Part shown: positions 1-7,602 of the stretch, one piece after another
Numbering within the stretch: position 1 is the first letter of the stretch
Layout of the letters: every line of letters starts with the position of its first letter
Assembly (NCBI GenBank): GCA_013329045.1
Contig: DUKZ01000015.1
Coordinates: 159-64,158, forward strand
Direction: 5' to 3'
DNA from: Candidatus Woesearchaeota archaeon
GTDB lineage: Archaea > Nanobdellota > Nanobdellia > Woesearchaeales > UBA9989
DNA: 64,000 nucleotides
The notes under the pieces: model-generated
The model's database searches: none
Told to the model about the DNA's origin: nothing
Seen by the model: the letters and a program-made list of their open reading frames with translations, nothing else
Position numbers and translations under genes: made by a program

Positions 1-292
1 AGACCATGGCAGCCAGTTCGTTGCAAATATCATCGATGGCTGCTCCAGGTTTAAGGTGTATCTTGCTTCACATGGCATCAAGCAAATTCTCTGCAAAATC
101 AAGCACCCGCAAAGTAATGGGAAGGTTGAGAAGTGGTTTGAGACGTACGATAAGCATCGCCATGCTTTCAAGACAAAAGAAGAATTCATGCATTGGTATA
201 ATAAGGTAAGGCCGCACCGCAGCCTTAAATTTGAGATTCTTGAAACACCACAGCAGGCATTTGTACGCAAGATGCCTGCAGAGGTTATATAA
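1..292 (+). mobile_element. IS element fragment: the 3' part of a transposase gene (integrase-core / rve DDE domain) cut off by the window edge
   Basis: Frame 2 from position 2 translates as DHGSQFVANIIDGCSRFKVY...HPQSNGKVEKWFETY...HWYNKVRPHRSLK and stops at 292. The D..G..F and the SNGKVE acidic residue are typical of the rve DDE integrase core of IS481/IS3-like transposases. The N-terminal part lies outside the window. Confidence 0.55.
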
Positions 293-373
293 ACATGAAA
301 CGAATTAAGTTATCGAAGGGAAATAATTACGGGATACGACAGGTACAAGATTGTGCTATCACCCCTTGTGTTA

Positions 374-1588
374 TCATCCCTTGTTCATGCTTCCTTTAGC
401 ATACGTACGCTCAATGGTTGCAATGCTCACTGTTGCAAAGATTGTTGTTGCAAGTATGATGGTAAACACGATGTCCACAAAACTCTCGGTTCCTGCAATC
501 CGGTACTGGGCAAACGGCAATACCGCTAAGACAGCAGCAGACAGTCCGGTTGGTATCATACATCCCATGATCAACAATTCCCTTTTGCTCAGCTTCAGTA
601 TAGCCGCGGTAGGGTACACAACCACAAATCTTGCCACGAGCAAAAGGGCAGTGAGGACAAGACCAATGCCTATTGAATGATAATCGTTAAGAACGGCTAC
701 TGCCCCGAGATAAACAAAGAAGAATGTCCTTATCACAAAAGCGATCATGGCATTAAAATCCTTCGTTTCTTTGGTCAAGACGATTATCTTTTTCCTCAAA
801 ACAATTGAGAAAGCAGCAATATTCCCTAGGGTGAGCCCCATCGTCAGTGATGCCAGCGCACCACTCCCACCCAGGTATTGAGATAAGATATACGTCAAGA
901 ACAGCACAGAGATGGTCATCATGTGATGATACGCATACTTCTGAAGATTATCCAGCGCCTTTGCCCAAGCGATGCCTATCAAAAGACCGCACGTAATCGA
1001 TACAATAAAACTTTTTATGATATCAGAAGAAATATTAAGCCCTATCATACTCTGAGATGTGGACAGGTTATTCATCAGAACAAGCCCAATCACAATCACA
1101 ATCGGGCTGTTTAAGATGGATTCAATGCTCATCATCGCCTTAGATTTAATACCTATCCCCAACCGGTCAACTACGGTTACTATCATCGGCGAGCTCGTAC
1201 CAGCAACAATAACGCCAAGAAGCAACGACTTCTGGAAACCCATTCCAAAAATAAGTGTCATCCCAAGAGCAACAAGGAGGATAGCCATCACTAAGTTTGC
1301 TATCATAAACACTATCGCGCTCGTGGCATCTTGAAGCAGCTCCCCAAATTTCATCTTCCTGCCTGATTCGAAAAGAATAATCGCGATGGCAATGGTCGTA
1401 AAGAGCGGCGCTATCCCGAACAATGCTTCCTGATCAACTATCTTAAACATCGGCCCTATCAGCATTCCAAAGACTATGAGCCAGATAACATCAGGAATCT
1501 TTGTCTTGGTGAAGAAAAGGTCGGCAAAAAAACCAAGAGATATGATAAATGCAATGACAAACAAGCTCATAGATACATCCATCATCAC
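374..1588 (-). CDS. Na+/H+ antiporter, CPA1 (NhaP-like) family
   Basis: 404-aa polytopic membrane protein with about 11 hydrophobic helices. The sequence pattern matches sodium/proton exchanger family proteins. Confidence 0.6.
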   Translation of the reverse strand: MMMDVSMSLFVIAFIISLGFFADLFFTKTKIPDVIWLIVFGMLIGPMFKIVDQEALFGIAPLFTTIAIAIILFESGRKMKFGELLQDATSAIVFMIANLVMAILLVALGMTLIFGMGFQKSLLLGVIVAGTSSPMIVTVVDRLGIGIKSKAMMSIESILNSPIVIVIGLVLMNNLSTSQSMIGLNISSDIIKSFIVSITCGLLIGIAWAKALDNLQKYAYHHMMTISVLFLTYILSQYLGGSGALASLTMGLTLGNIAAFSIVLRKKIIVLTKETKDFNAMIAFVIRTFFFVYLGAVAVLNDYHSIGIGLVLTALLLVARFVVVYPTAAILKLSKRELLIMGCMIPTGLSAAVLAVLPFAQYRIAGTESFVDIVFTIILATTIFATVSIATIERTYAKGSMNKG

Positions 1589-1779
1589 CCTACCATCGCC
1601 GGAATGGATTTATTAAGTTTTCTGTCAAAAAAGCTCTGTAGACAAGTCTCACTTCGTTCGACACGCATATGCCCTGGTTACAGGGTCCCGGGCACAACTG
1701 CGATGCACTTGCTTCATTCTCGAGTGAGCTCCGCAGAAAGGCACTTATTTTCTACAGAGCCTGTCAAAAAGCAGAACTG

Positions 1780-2865
1780 TTACCGAAGATGAATCTCCAC
1801 GATATCCTTATCCTTGAGAACATGGTGCTGGCGAAGAACCTGCCCGGGAAACTTTGATGATCCCCAGACCCTTGCATACTTGAATTTCTTTGCAAAATCC
1901 TGGTGGAGCTTTCTTGCCATATCACCGATGGTTGCCCCATACCTCATGATCAATGGAACATCAAGATCCGGCTTTTTCCCGGCCTCCTTGCAGTACACAC
2001 GGATAAAGTTAAGCTTATCGAAAATAAGGTCCCTTAGTTGCAGCATATTAATCCCGGTATTTGCAGAGATACAAAGGTCAGGATGCACCTGCTTCTTGAT
2101 CCCCTCAAGGGTCTTTTTATCAACGAGGTCTATCTTGTTGAGGATCGTGAGCGCATCCACATACACCCGATTACCCTCTATAGCATCAATCAATTGGTCG
2201 ATGGAGATATCTTCACGAATGAGAATATCACCGTTTGATATGCCCATCTGTCGAGCAACGGTTGCAATTGTCTCCTCATTGAGCGACAATTGGCATGTTG
2301 CACCGATATGGATGCCACCCTTTCCGGTTTTTTTTATCTTGACATCAGGAGCCTGCTGGTTGAGGCGGATATTAAACTGGATTACTTCATCAAGAAGAAC
2401 TTGACATGCTTCAGGCTTCACAACATCAATGACGAGCATGATCATGTCAGCGTTCTGCATGATAGAGAGCACTTCCTTTCCCCTTCCCCTTCCCCTCGCT
2501 GCGCCATAGACAACACCTGGACAATCAAGGATCTGGATCTTTGCACTCTTATAGTCCATCAATCCCGGAATGACCTTGAGCGTTGTGAAGTCATATGCGC
2601 CAACTTCAGACTTTGCATTTGTCAAATAATTGAGGATGGTAGATTTTCCAACGCTGGGAAATCCAAGAAGGATTGCCGTTGCATCGCCAGACTTCCTCAC
2701 GGAGTAGCCATCCCCCTTCTTTCCCCCGCCGCTGCCTTCCGCTTTTTTTCTCAGCTGAGCAATTTGGGCTTTTATGAGGCCGACATGATGCTGAGTTGCC
2801 TTGTTGTACTGGGTCTTCTTGATCTCATCTTCCAATTCCTTGATGCGGTCATCATACCTGCCCAT
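1780..2865 (-). CDS. Obg-like / DRG family GTPase with a C-terminal TGS domain
   Basis: G1 P-loop GFPSVGKST, G3 DCPG, and a TGS-like C-terminus (KPDLDVPLIM...). The size of 362 aa comes from the internal Met MGRYDDRIKELEDEI. The 67 codons upstream in the listed ORF are low complexity and look like non-coding read-through. Confidence 0.7.
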   Translation of the reverse strand: MGRYDDRIKELEDEIKKTQYNKATQHHVGLIKAQIAQLRKKAEGSGGGKKGDGYSVRKSGDATAILLGFPSVGKSTILNYLTNAKSEVGAYDFTTLKVIPGLMDYKSAKIQILDCPGVVYGAARGRGRGKEVLSIMQNADMIMLVIDVVKPEACQVLLDEVIQFNIRLNQQAPDVKIKKTGKGGIHIGATCQLSLNEETIATVARQMGISNGDILIREDISIDQLIDAIEGNRVYVDALTILNKIDLVDKKTLEGIKKQVHPDLCISANTGINMLQLRDLIFDKLNFIRVYCKEAGKKPDLDVPLIMRYGATIGDMARKLHQDFAKKFKYARVWGSSKFPGQVLRQHHVLKDKDIVEIHLR

Positions 2866-3120
2866 TATCTGAATTTGGCGGGGAAGGCTATAAAAACGTT
2901 GTGGGAAAGGATGAAAAAAAGACTCTCGATCAAACAGTGTTGATCTCCTGGAAGACTGCCAATCTCCTGCCTTTGTTTTGGCAGCAGCACTGGCAGCGTT
3001 TTTACGTTCGTTAAAACCTGGGCCTAAAGGCTTGGCAGTCTGCGCGAGTTGTGCTGCCATCTCAATCATAGATTTGGTCTGATACGAACTTTTTTATACT
3101 CAGTTCTCCCCTCAAAAGAG

Positions 3121-3678
3121 ATGGAGAATTTCCCTGCATTCATCATGGAACTGGTCGATTCCTTCCTGACGAACTTCACCCTCGCAGTCATCATCCTCTT
3201 CTTTGGATTCATCATCGGGAAATTCTTCGGCAGGCTCATCCAGAAAGGCCTGCATGAATTCGACCTTGACAAGCTGGCAAAGAAAGCAGGGATAAAAGCC
3301 AGCCTAGAGGAGCTCATCAGCACTATCATCAGCTATACCATCTACTTCTTCTCAATCATCATGGCACTCAACAGGGTGGGGGTAACTTCAGCGCTCTTCA
3401 ACATCCTTGGAGGGGCCGTCATCGTTGTTGCCCTCATCGCATTTTTTCTCTCAGTTAGGGACTTTATCCCGAACATGATGGGAGGCATCTATCTTCATCA
3501 AAAGAAGATGATCAAAGAAGGAGATACCATCAAGTTTCGCGCGATCGAGGGGGTGGTGATCGAAACAAACCTCATCGAGACAAAAGTGCAGACAAAATCA
3601 AAGGACATCATCCACATCCCGAATGCAAATTTTACCAAATCAGAGATATTCGTGAAAAGACAAAAAGAATCGAAGTGA
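3121..3678 (+). CDS. small MscS-like mechanosensitive channel
   Basis: Internal Met MENFPAF begins two or three TM helices. These are followed by an MscS-type beta domain (GDTIKFRAIEGVVIETNLIETKVQ...IIHIPNANF). Confidence 0.5.
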   Translation: MENFPAFIMELVDSFLTNFTLAVIILFFGFIIGKFFGRLIQKGLHEFDLDKLAKKAGIKASLEELISTIISYTIYFFSIIMALNRVGVTSALFNILGGAVIVVALIAFFLSVRDFIPNMMGGIYLHQKKMIKEGDTIKFRAIEGVVIETNLIETKVQTKSKDIIHIPNANFTKSEIFVKRQKESK

Positions 3679-3689
3679 ATTTTTTAAAT

Positions 3690-3820
3690 CAGAAATCCGC
3701 TGCTCAACACTAACCCCGACCCGAAGGTAGGGGTATGACGTGCCTCGCTTCTGCACGCGGATTTCTGGTGTAGAATTGGGCACTCGCCCTAAAGGGCGGG
3801 GTATGACACCCAATTCAACA
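3690..3820. ncRNA. candidate structured small RNA (double hairpin, possibly H/ACA-like); strand undetermined
   Basis: An 11-bp perfect inverted repeat, CAGAAATCCGC (3690-3700) / GCGGATTTCTG (3757-3767), is followed by a second hairpin, GAATTGGG (3773-3780) / CCCAATTC (3809-3816), with an inner CGCCC-TAAA-GGGCG stem. Each hairpin contains a copy of GGGGTATGAC. An ACA triplet lies two nucleotides 3' of the second stem at 3818-3820. The region sits between two convergent CDS. Confidence 0.3.
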
Positions 3821-3835
3821 ATCAATATTTCTCTT

Positions 3836-4078
3836 TTAAGTCAATTTTTCAAGCAAGGAGACAACATTCCATATCTGCGTCCTGGTGTATGCCTGCATGT
3901 TATTGTCATTTGTGACCTCTTCTAACAATTGAAGGGCCCTGTTCACTTTCATTGAACTATCGGATTTTTCCTCGAGTATCGCCTTAGTCTCGAGCAGTTT
4001 GCCCTTAACATTCTTTGGCACGGTTGAGTCATCCACGAGATCATCAATCATTTCAAGAATCGCCTGCACTTCATCCAT
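3836..4078 (-). CDS. small conserved archaeal protein, possibly UPF0147-like
   Basis: 80-aa acidic helical ORF lying immediately downstream of prefoldin beta in the same orientation. Confidence 0.4.
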   Translation of the reverse strand: MDEVQAILEMIDDLVDDSTVPKNVKGKLLETKAILEEKSDSSMKVNRALQLLEEVTNDNNMQAYTRTQIWNVVSLLEKLT

Positions 4079-4085
4079 GTGACCC

Positions 4086-4400
4086 TCATTCGATATTCTT
4101 CAGCACATCTTCCTGCAATTTCTTTGCCTGAGACCGCAATGACTCTTCCTGCTTGTCGAGCGATTTTATCCGAAGCTTTGCTTCCTCCTCTTTCTCCTTT
4201 AGCTCCTCAGCAATTTTTTCATTTGGCAGCTCTACCATAATGCTCCCGATGATACGGTAGGCAGTCTTGGTATCTTCCAACGCCTTCTCCGCGGATTCTA
4301 CCTCGACGAGTTCGTTTTGATAGGTATGTTTCTGCATAAGCAGCTGCTGAAGCTTCTGCTCTATCTGTTGAATTTGAGCAATCTTGTCATCAGCTGTCAT
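4086..4400 (-). CDS. pfdB: prefoldin beta subunit
   Basis: 104 aa with a coiled coil, a beta hairpin (AYRIIGSIMVELPNEK) and a second coiled coil. It sits downstream of rpl37ae and rpoP, as in the archaeal exosome superoperon. Confidence 0.6.
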   Translation of the reverse strand: MTADDKIAQIQQIEQKLQQLLMQKHTYQNELVEVESAEKALEDTKTAYRIIGSIMVELPNEKIAEELKEKEEEAKLRIKSLDKQEESLRSQAKKLQEDVLKNIE

Positions 4401-4402
4401 TT

Positions 4403-4540
4403 TTACCTTGCGAGAACTTTAGTTGTCGTCTGCCTTGGCTTAAAGAGCACCTTTGATCCGCAATAGGGGCAGCGAACCCTCTTCTTCACATAAGAATCAG
4501 CAACTTTCTTGTTGCACTCAAAACATTTGTAGCTTACCAT
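4403..4540 (-). CDS. rpoP: DNA-directed RNA polymerase subunit P (Rpo12/RpoP)
   Basis: Unlisted 45-aa ORF MVSYKCFECNKKVADSYVKKRVRCPYCGSKVLFKPRQTTTKVLAR with the CxxC...RCPYCG zinc ribbon typical of RpoP. Its ATG overlaps the rpl37ae TAA stop by one nucleotide (TAATG). Confidence 0.75.
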   Translation of the reverse strand: MVSYKCFECNKKVADSYVKKRVRCPYCGSKVLFKPRQTTTKVLAR

Positions 4541-4869
4541 TATCCTTTCTGAGCCTCTTCGTCTGCATCCTGCTCTTCTTCATCAGAGAAATCCTCATTT
4601 ATAACCTTTTCCTCAGGCGCTGTGTCTGCTGAAGAGGTATCAAACTTGAGCTTCTTGTTGATGGTGTATGCCTTTCCGGTAAACACTTTCTTGCATCGCT
4701 GGCATTCCCAAATGCCAAGTGCTTGGCGCTTGACCTTGTCTGCAAGGCAATAGGGACATTTGTGGAGCTTTCTTTGCTCAGATTCTATCTGGCCAAAGCG
4801 AAGCCTTGTCCTTCTTCCGTACCTGGCGCCAAAGCGCCTCACTGACCCATATGCAACTTTCTTTACCAT
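4540..4869 (-). CDS. rpl37ae: ribosomal protein L37ae (eL43) with an acidic C-terminal extension
   Basis: KKVAYGSVRRFGARYGRRTR...CPYC...ALGIWECQRC zinc ribbon. Confidence 0.85.
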   Translation of the reverse strand: MVKKVAYGSVRRFGARYGRRTRLRFGQIESEQRKLHKCPYCLADKVKRQALGIWECQRCKKVFTGKAYTINKKLKFDTSSADTAPEEKVINEDFSDEEEQDADEEAQKG

Positions 4870-4897
4870 TTCTTGACCTTTAATTTTAAGGAAAATA

Positions 4898-5018
4898 CGG
4901 GGCTACTCGGATTCGAACCGAGGTCCTCAGCTCCCAAAGCTGAAAGGATAAACCAAGCTACCCCATAGCTTCACGCAATCATCATTGATTGTCCCGTGCT
5001 GGAGGCTTGCCCAGCCCC
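4898..5018 (-). tRNA. tRNA-Pro (anticodon UGG) with a non-canonical ~46-nt intron in the 5' acceptor stem (between positions 3/4 and 6/7)
   Basis: On the minus strand the T-arm (CTCGG TTCGAAT CCGAG), the anticodon arm (TCAGC TTTGGGA GCTGA, anticodon TGG), the D-arm and the 3' acceptor TAGCCCC+G are contiguous. The complementary 5' acceptor GGGGCT lies 46 nt upstream at 5013-5018. GCT is repeated at both junctions, so the exact splice position is ambiguous. A TTTAAAAA TATA box sits about 25 nt upstream of 5018. Confidence 0.6.
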
Positions 5019-5132
5019 AGGAAAAGAATCGGGGGGGGTTTTTAAAGTTATCGCTCACTATATCTGAAGAATCAGCCTATTTAGAAATCCTCCAATACAA
5101 GTGAAAGAAAAAGCAACAAACGGCAAGAAAAA

Positions 5133-5546
5133 CTATTCTAATTCTCCTCGGATCTTTCCTGCTATCTCGTCTATCTCCCCTTCTGCATATTTTTTGTGAG
5201 GCCACTCAAGATGCAGACCATCATCAGGGAATCTTGGGACAATATGGACATGCAGGTGAGGGATGACCTGGCCTGAAGCCTTGCCATTGTTGATGATGAT
5301 ATTGTATGCATCTGCCCCAAGGGCAGTTATTGTCGCTTTCGCGATCATCTTTGTTGCAGCCATGACAGAGACAAACTCATCTTCGGGCGTGGTTATGGTA
5401 TCAGGATAATGGTTTTTCACAATGATGAGGACATGCCCCTTGTTTGCCGGATTAATGTCGAGAATGCCTAGCACGACGGTGTCCTCATAGATGATTGTTG
5501 AAGGTATTTGCTTTTCAATAATTTTGCAAAAGATGCAGTCATTCAT
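5133..5546 (-). CDS. HIT family (histidine triad) protein
   Basis: HIT motif HLHVHIVPR and the N-terminal CIFCKI. Confidence 0.85.
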   Translation of the reverse strand: MNDCIFCKIIEKQIPSTIIYEDTVVLGILDINPANKGHVLIIVKNHYPDTITTPEDEFVSVMAATKMIAKATITALGADAYNIIINNGKASGQVIPHLHVHIVPRFPDDGLHLEWPHKKYAEGEIDEIAGKIRGELE

Positions 5547-5806
5547 AAGAGTGTTGGGGAGTTTATAATTATAAGAATGTTTCGGTAAGGCAGGCTTTGA
5601 AGAACATCTCGCTTCCCGGACACCTGGGCAGGGTATTGGTTATTGGTGAGCCTAGATTTGCTGTTCCTGTTTGGTTGAACCCACAATAGGTTGATTGGGC
5701 ATTTATTGGGCATTTCAGAGAACCACGGAAGATAATGCTCACCACTATTTTCTACAAAGCCAGGGATGCACAAACCTTATAAAACTCCCTTGAATCCATA
5801 AGACTT
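5547..5806. promoter_or_regulatory. divergent promoter region for HIT (minus strand) and aRF1 (plus strand)
   Basis: A TATA-like GTTTATAATTATAAG is centred about 25 nt upstream of the HIT ATG at 5546. CCTTATAAAACT sits about 27 nt upstream of the aRF1 ATG at 5807. The region also contains a direct repeat ATTGGGCATTT x2 at 5695-5720. Confidence 0.45.
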
Positions 5807-6910
5807 ATGTCACTTGATGCACTCCAAAAACATGAACTAAAACGCTTTATTAAAGAGTTAGAAAACTTTCGCGGCAGGCATACTGAACTAGTCTCCGTCC
5901 TTATCCCAGCAGGCTATGATATCAACGCGATCATCGGCCACCTCTCACAAGAGCAAGGGACGGCAACGAACATCAAGTCAGCATCAACGAGAAAAAATGT
6001 CATTGACGCGCTGGAAAAGATGATCCAGCATTTACGGTTATACAAGCAAACACCGCCAAACGGCCTTGCCTGCTTTTCTGGGAATGTGTCAGAGCGGGAA
6101 GGACAATTCGACTTCAAAGTATGGAGTATTGAGCCTCCAATCCCGCTCAACACAAGACTGTATCGATGCGACAAAGAATTCCAGCTCGACCTCCTCCGGG
6201 ACATGCTCGATGACAAAGAAATATACGGCCTTGTGGTGATGGACCGGAGGGATGGGAATGTTGCCATGCTCAAAGGCAAATCAATCATCAACATCTCAAA
6301 AGCATCGTCAAATGTCCCAGGAAAGACTCGAGCTGGAGGACAATCAGCCATGCGATACCATCGCCTTCGGGAAGGAGCAGCAAAAGAGTTCTACACAAAA
6401 ATCGGGATGATGGTAAAAGATGCATTCTTTGACAAGAGGGATCAGCTCAAGGGGATCATCATCGGAGGCCCTGGCCCCACAAAGTATGACTTTATCGAAG
6501 GAAACTATGTCCCAAATGAGCTCAAGCAAAAGGTGATTGGCATCAAGGATTTGTCTTATACAGAAGAATTTGGAGTACAGGAACTAGTTGACAAAGCACA
6601 AGACATCCTTGCGAATGAGGAAGTTGGAAAAGAGAAGGAGGCGATGGGAAAATTTTTCCACATCCTTGCAACAAAGCCAAACATGGTCAGCTATGGTGAA
6701 TCCCAGGTGATGTCCCTAGTCCAGCGAGGGACTGTTGATTTGTTGTTGATTTCTGAAGATTTGGAAGAGGAAAAAATTGAAGCTTTTGAAAAGGAGGCAG
6801 AAAAATTCGGGACAACAATCATGATCATTTCTACAGAGACGCGGGAGGGAGTGCAGCTTCGAGATATTGGAAAAGTTGGAGCAATCCTTCGGTACGAAAT
6901 CGATACCTAA
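5807..6910 (+). CDS. prf1: peptide chain release factor aRF1
   Basis: NIKS motif (TATNIKSAS) and GGQ motif (KTRAGGQSAMRY). Confidence 0.9.
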   Translation: MSLDALQKHELKRFIKELENFRGRHTELVSVLIPAGYDINAIIGHLSQEQGTATNIKSASTRKNVIDALEKMIQHLRLYKQTPPNGLACFSGNVSEREGQFDFKVWSIEPPIPLNTRLYRCDKEFQLDLLRDMLDDKEIYGLVVMDRRDGNVAMLKGKSIINISKASSNVPGKTRAGGQSAMRYHRLREGAAKEFYTKIGMMVKDAFFDKRDQLKGIIIGGPGPTKYDFIEGNYVPNELKQKVIGIKDLSYTEEFGVQELVDKAQDILANEEVGKEKEAMGKFFHILATKPNMVSYGESQVMSLVQRGTVDLLLISEDLEEEKIEAFEKEAEKFGTTIMIISTETREGVQLRDIGKVGAILRYEIDT

Positions 6911-6978
6911 TCGTTCGAAAAGTGGAAAAGTTTATATATGATACATTCAATTAATAGTTTTCAATCATCAACGATTGA

Positions 6979-7602
6979 ATGGGAAACAACTATCGGGGCC
7001 AAGGCCACGTTTTTGCGATTGTGGCACGACCAGGGGACACGGGAAATCACTTACTCAGGGTTGAAGAAGACCATGATGAGTTAAAGAGGAGATTTTCTTC
7101 TTATAACGATGCTGTTGAAATGGGCAGGGGAATTATTGAGGAGACAAAACGGTATGGGCATAAAGGGATCCATATGCCACGGTTTCCAGAAGGTGATTTC
7201 TTTCTCCACTATTACCCAGATATGTCATGTGTTGGGTTTGAAACATTACCTAGGAATAACTTAGGTGCATTTGAACTATTCTTTGGTACAAAAGGAAGAC
7301 ATCGCCCCTATAACCACTGGCTGTATAGCCTTGCCCTTGGCCAATGTGGTGTCTACCCAGATTCGACAATTGTAAGGCTCGAAAATTTCTTTCACGAACA
7401 ACAATTGTATTGGGAACGAGCAAAGGCTGTGGCAAATGGTCATGTGATGGACCCAGAACAAGTAGAACAGGAGATTCTTGCAATTGAGAAAGAACTCGAA
7501 AGAGTACCGCCACCGCATCGTGGATTAGAATTCCTATTTGATGAGGGGGGAACCCATCTTATAGAGGAGCCCTATCTCCTCAATGAAACAGTCCGTCACT
7601 AG
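6979..7602 (+). CDS. hypothetical protein
   Basis: 207-aa ORF with no recognisable motif. Coding-like composition. Confidence 0.4.
   Translation: MGNNYRGQGHVFAIVARPGDTGNHLLRVEEDHDELKRRFSSYNDAVEMGRGIIEETKRYGHKGIHMPRFPEGDFFLHYYPDMSCVGFETLPRNNLGAFELFFGTKGRHRPYNHWLYSLALGQCGVYPDSTIVRLENFFHEQQLYWERAKAVANGHVMDPEQVEQEILAIEKELERVPPPHRGLEFLFDEGGTHLIEEPYLLNETVRH

Noticed and set aside
4896-4970. Reading tRNA-Pro as a contiguous 75-nt gene with a GAAGCTA acceptor strand
   Set aside because: That gives two A-C mismatches at positions 2 and 3. A perfect GGGGCT exon 46 nt upstream, with a TATA box at the right distance, explains the data better (see findings).
5543-5773. 76-aa minus-strand ORF
   Set aside because: It lies in the divergent promoter region between HIT and aRF1 and overlaps the TATA elements. 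No motif found.
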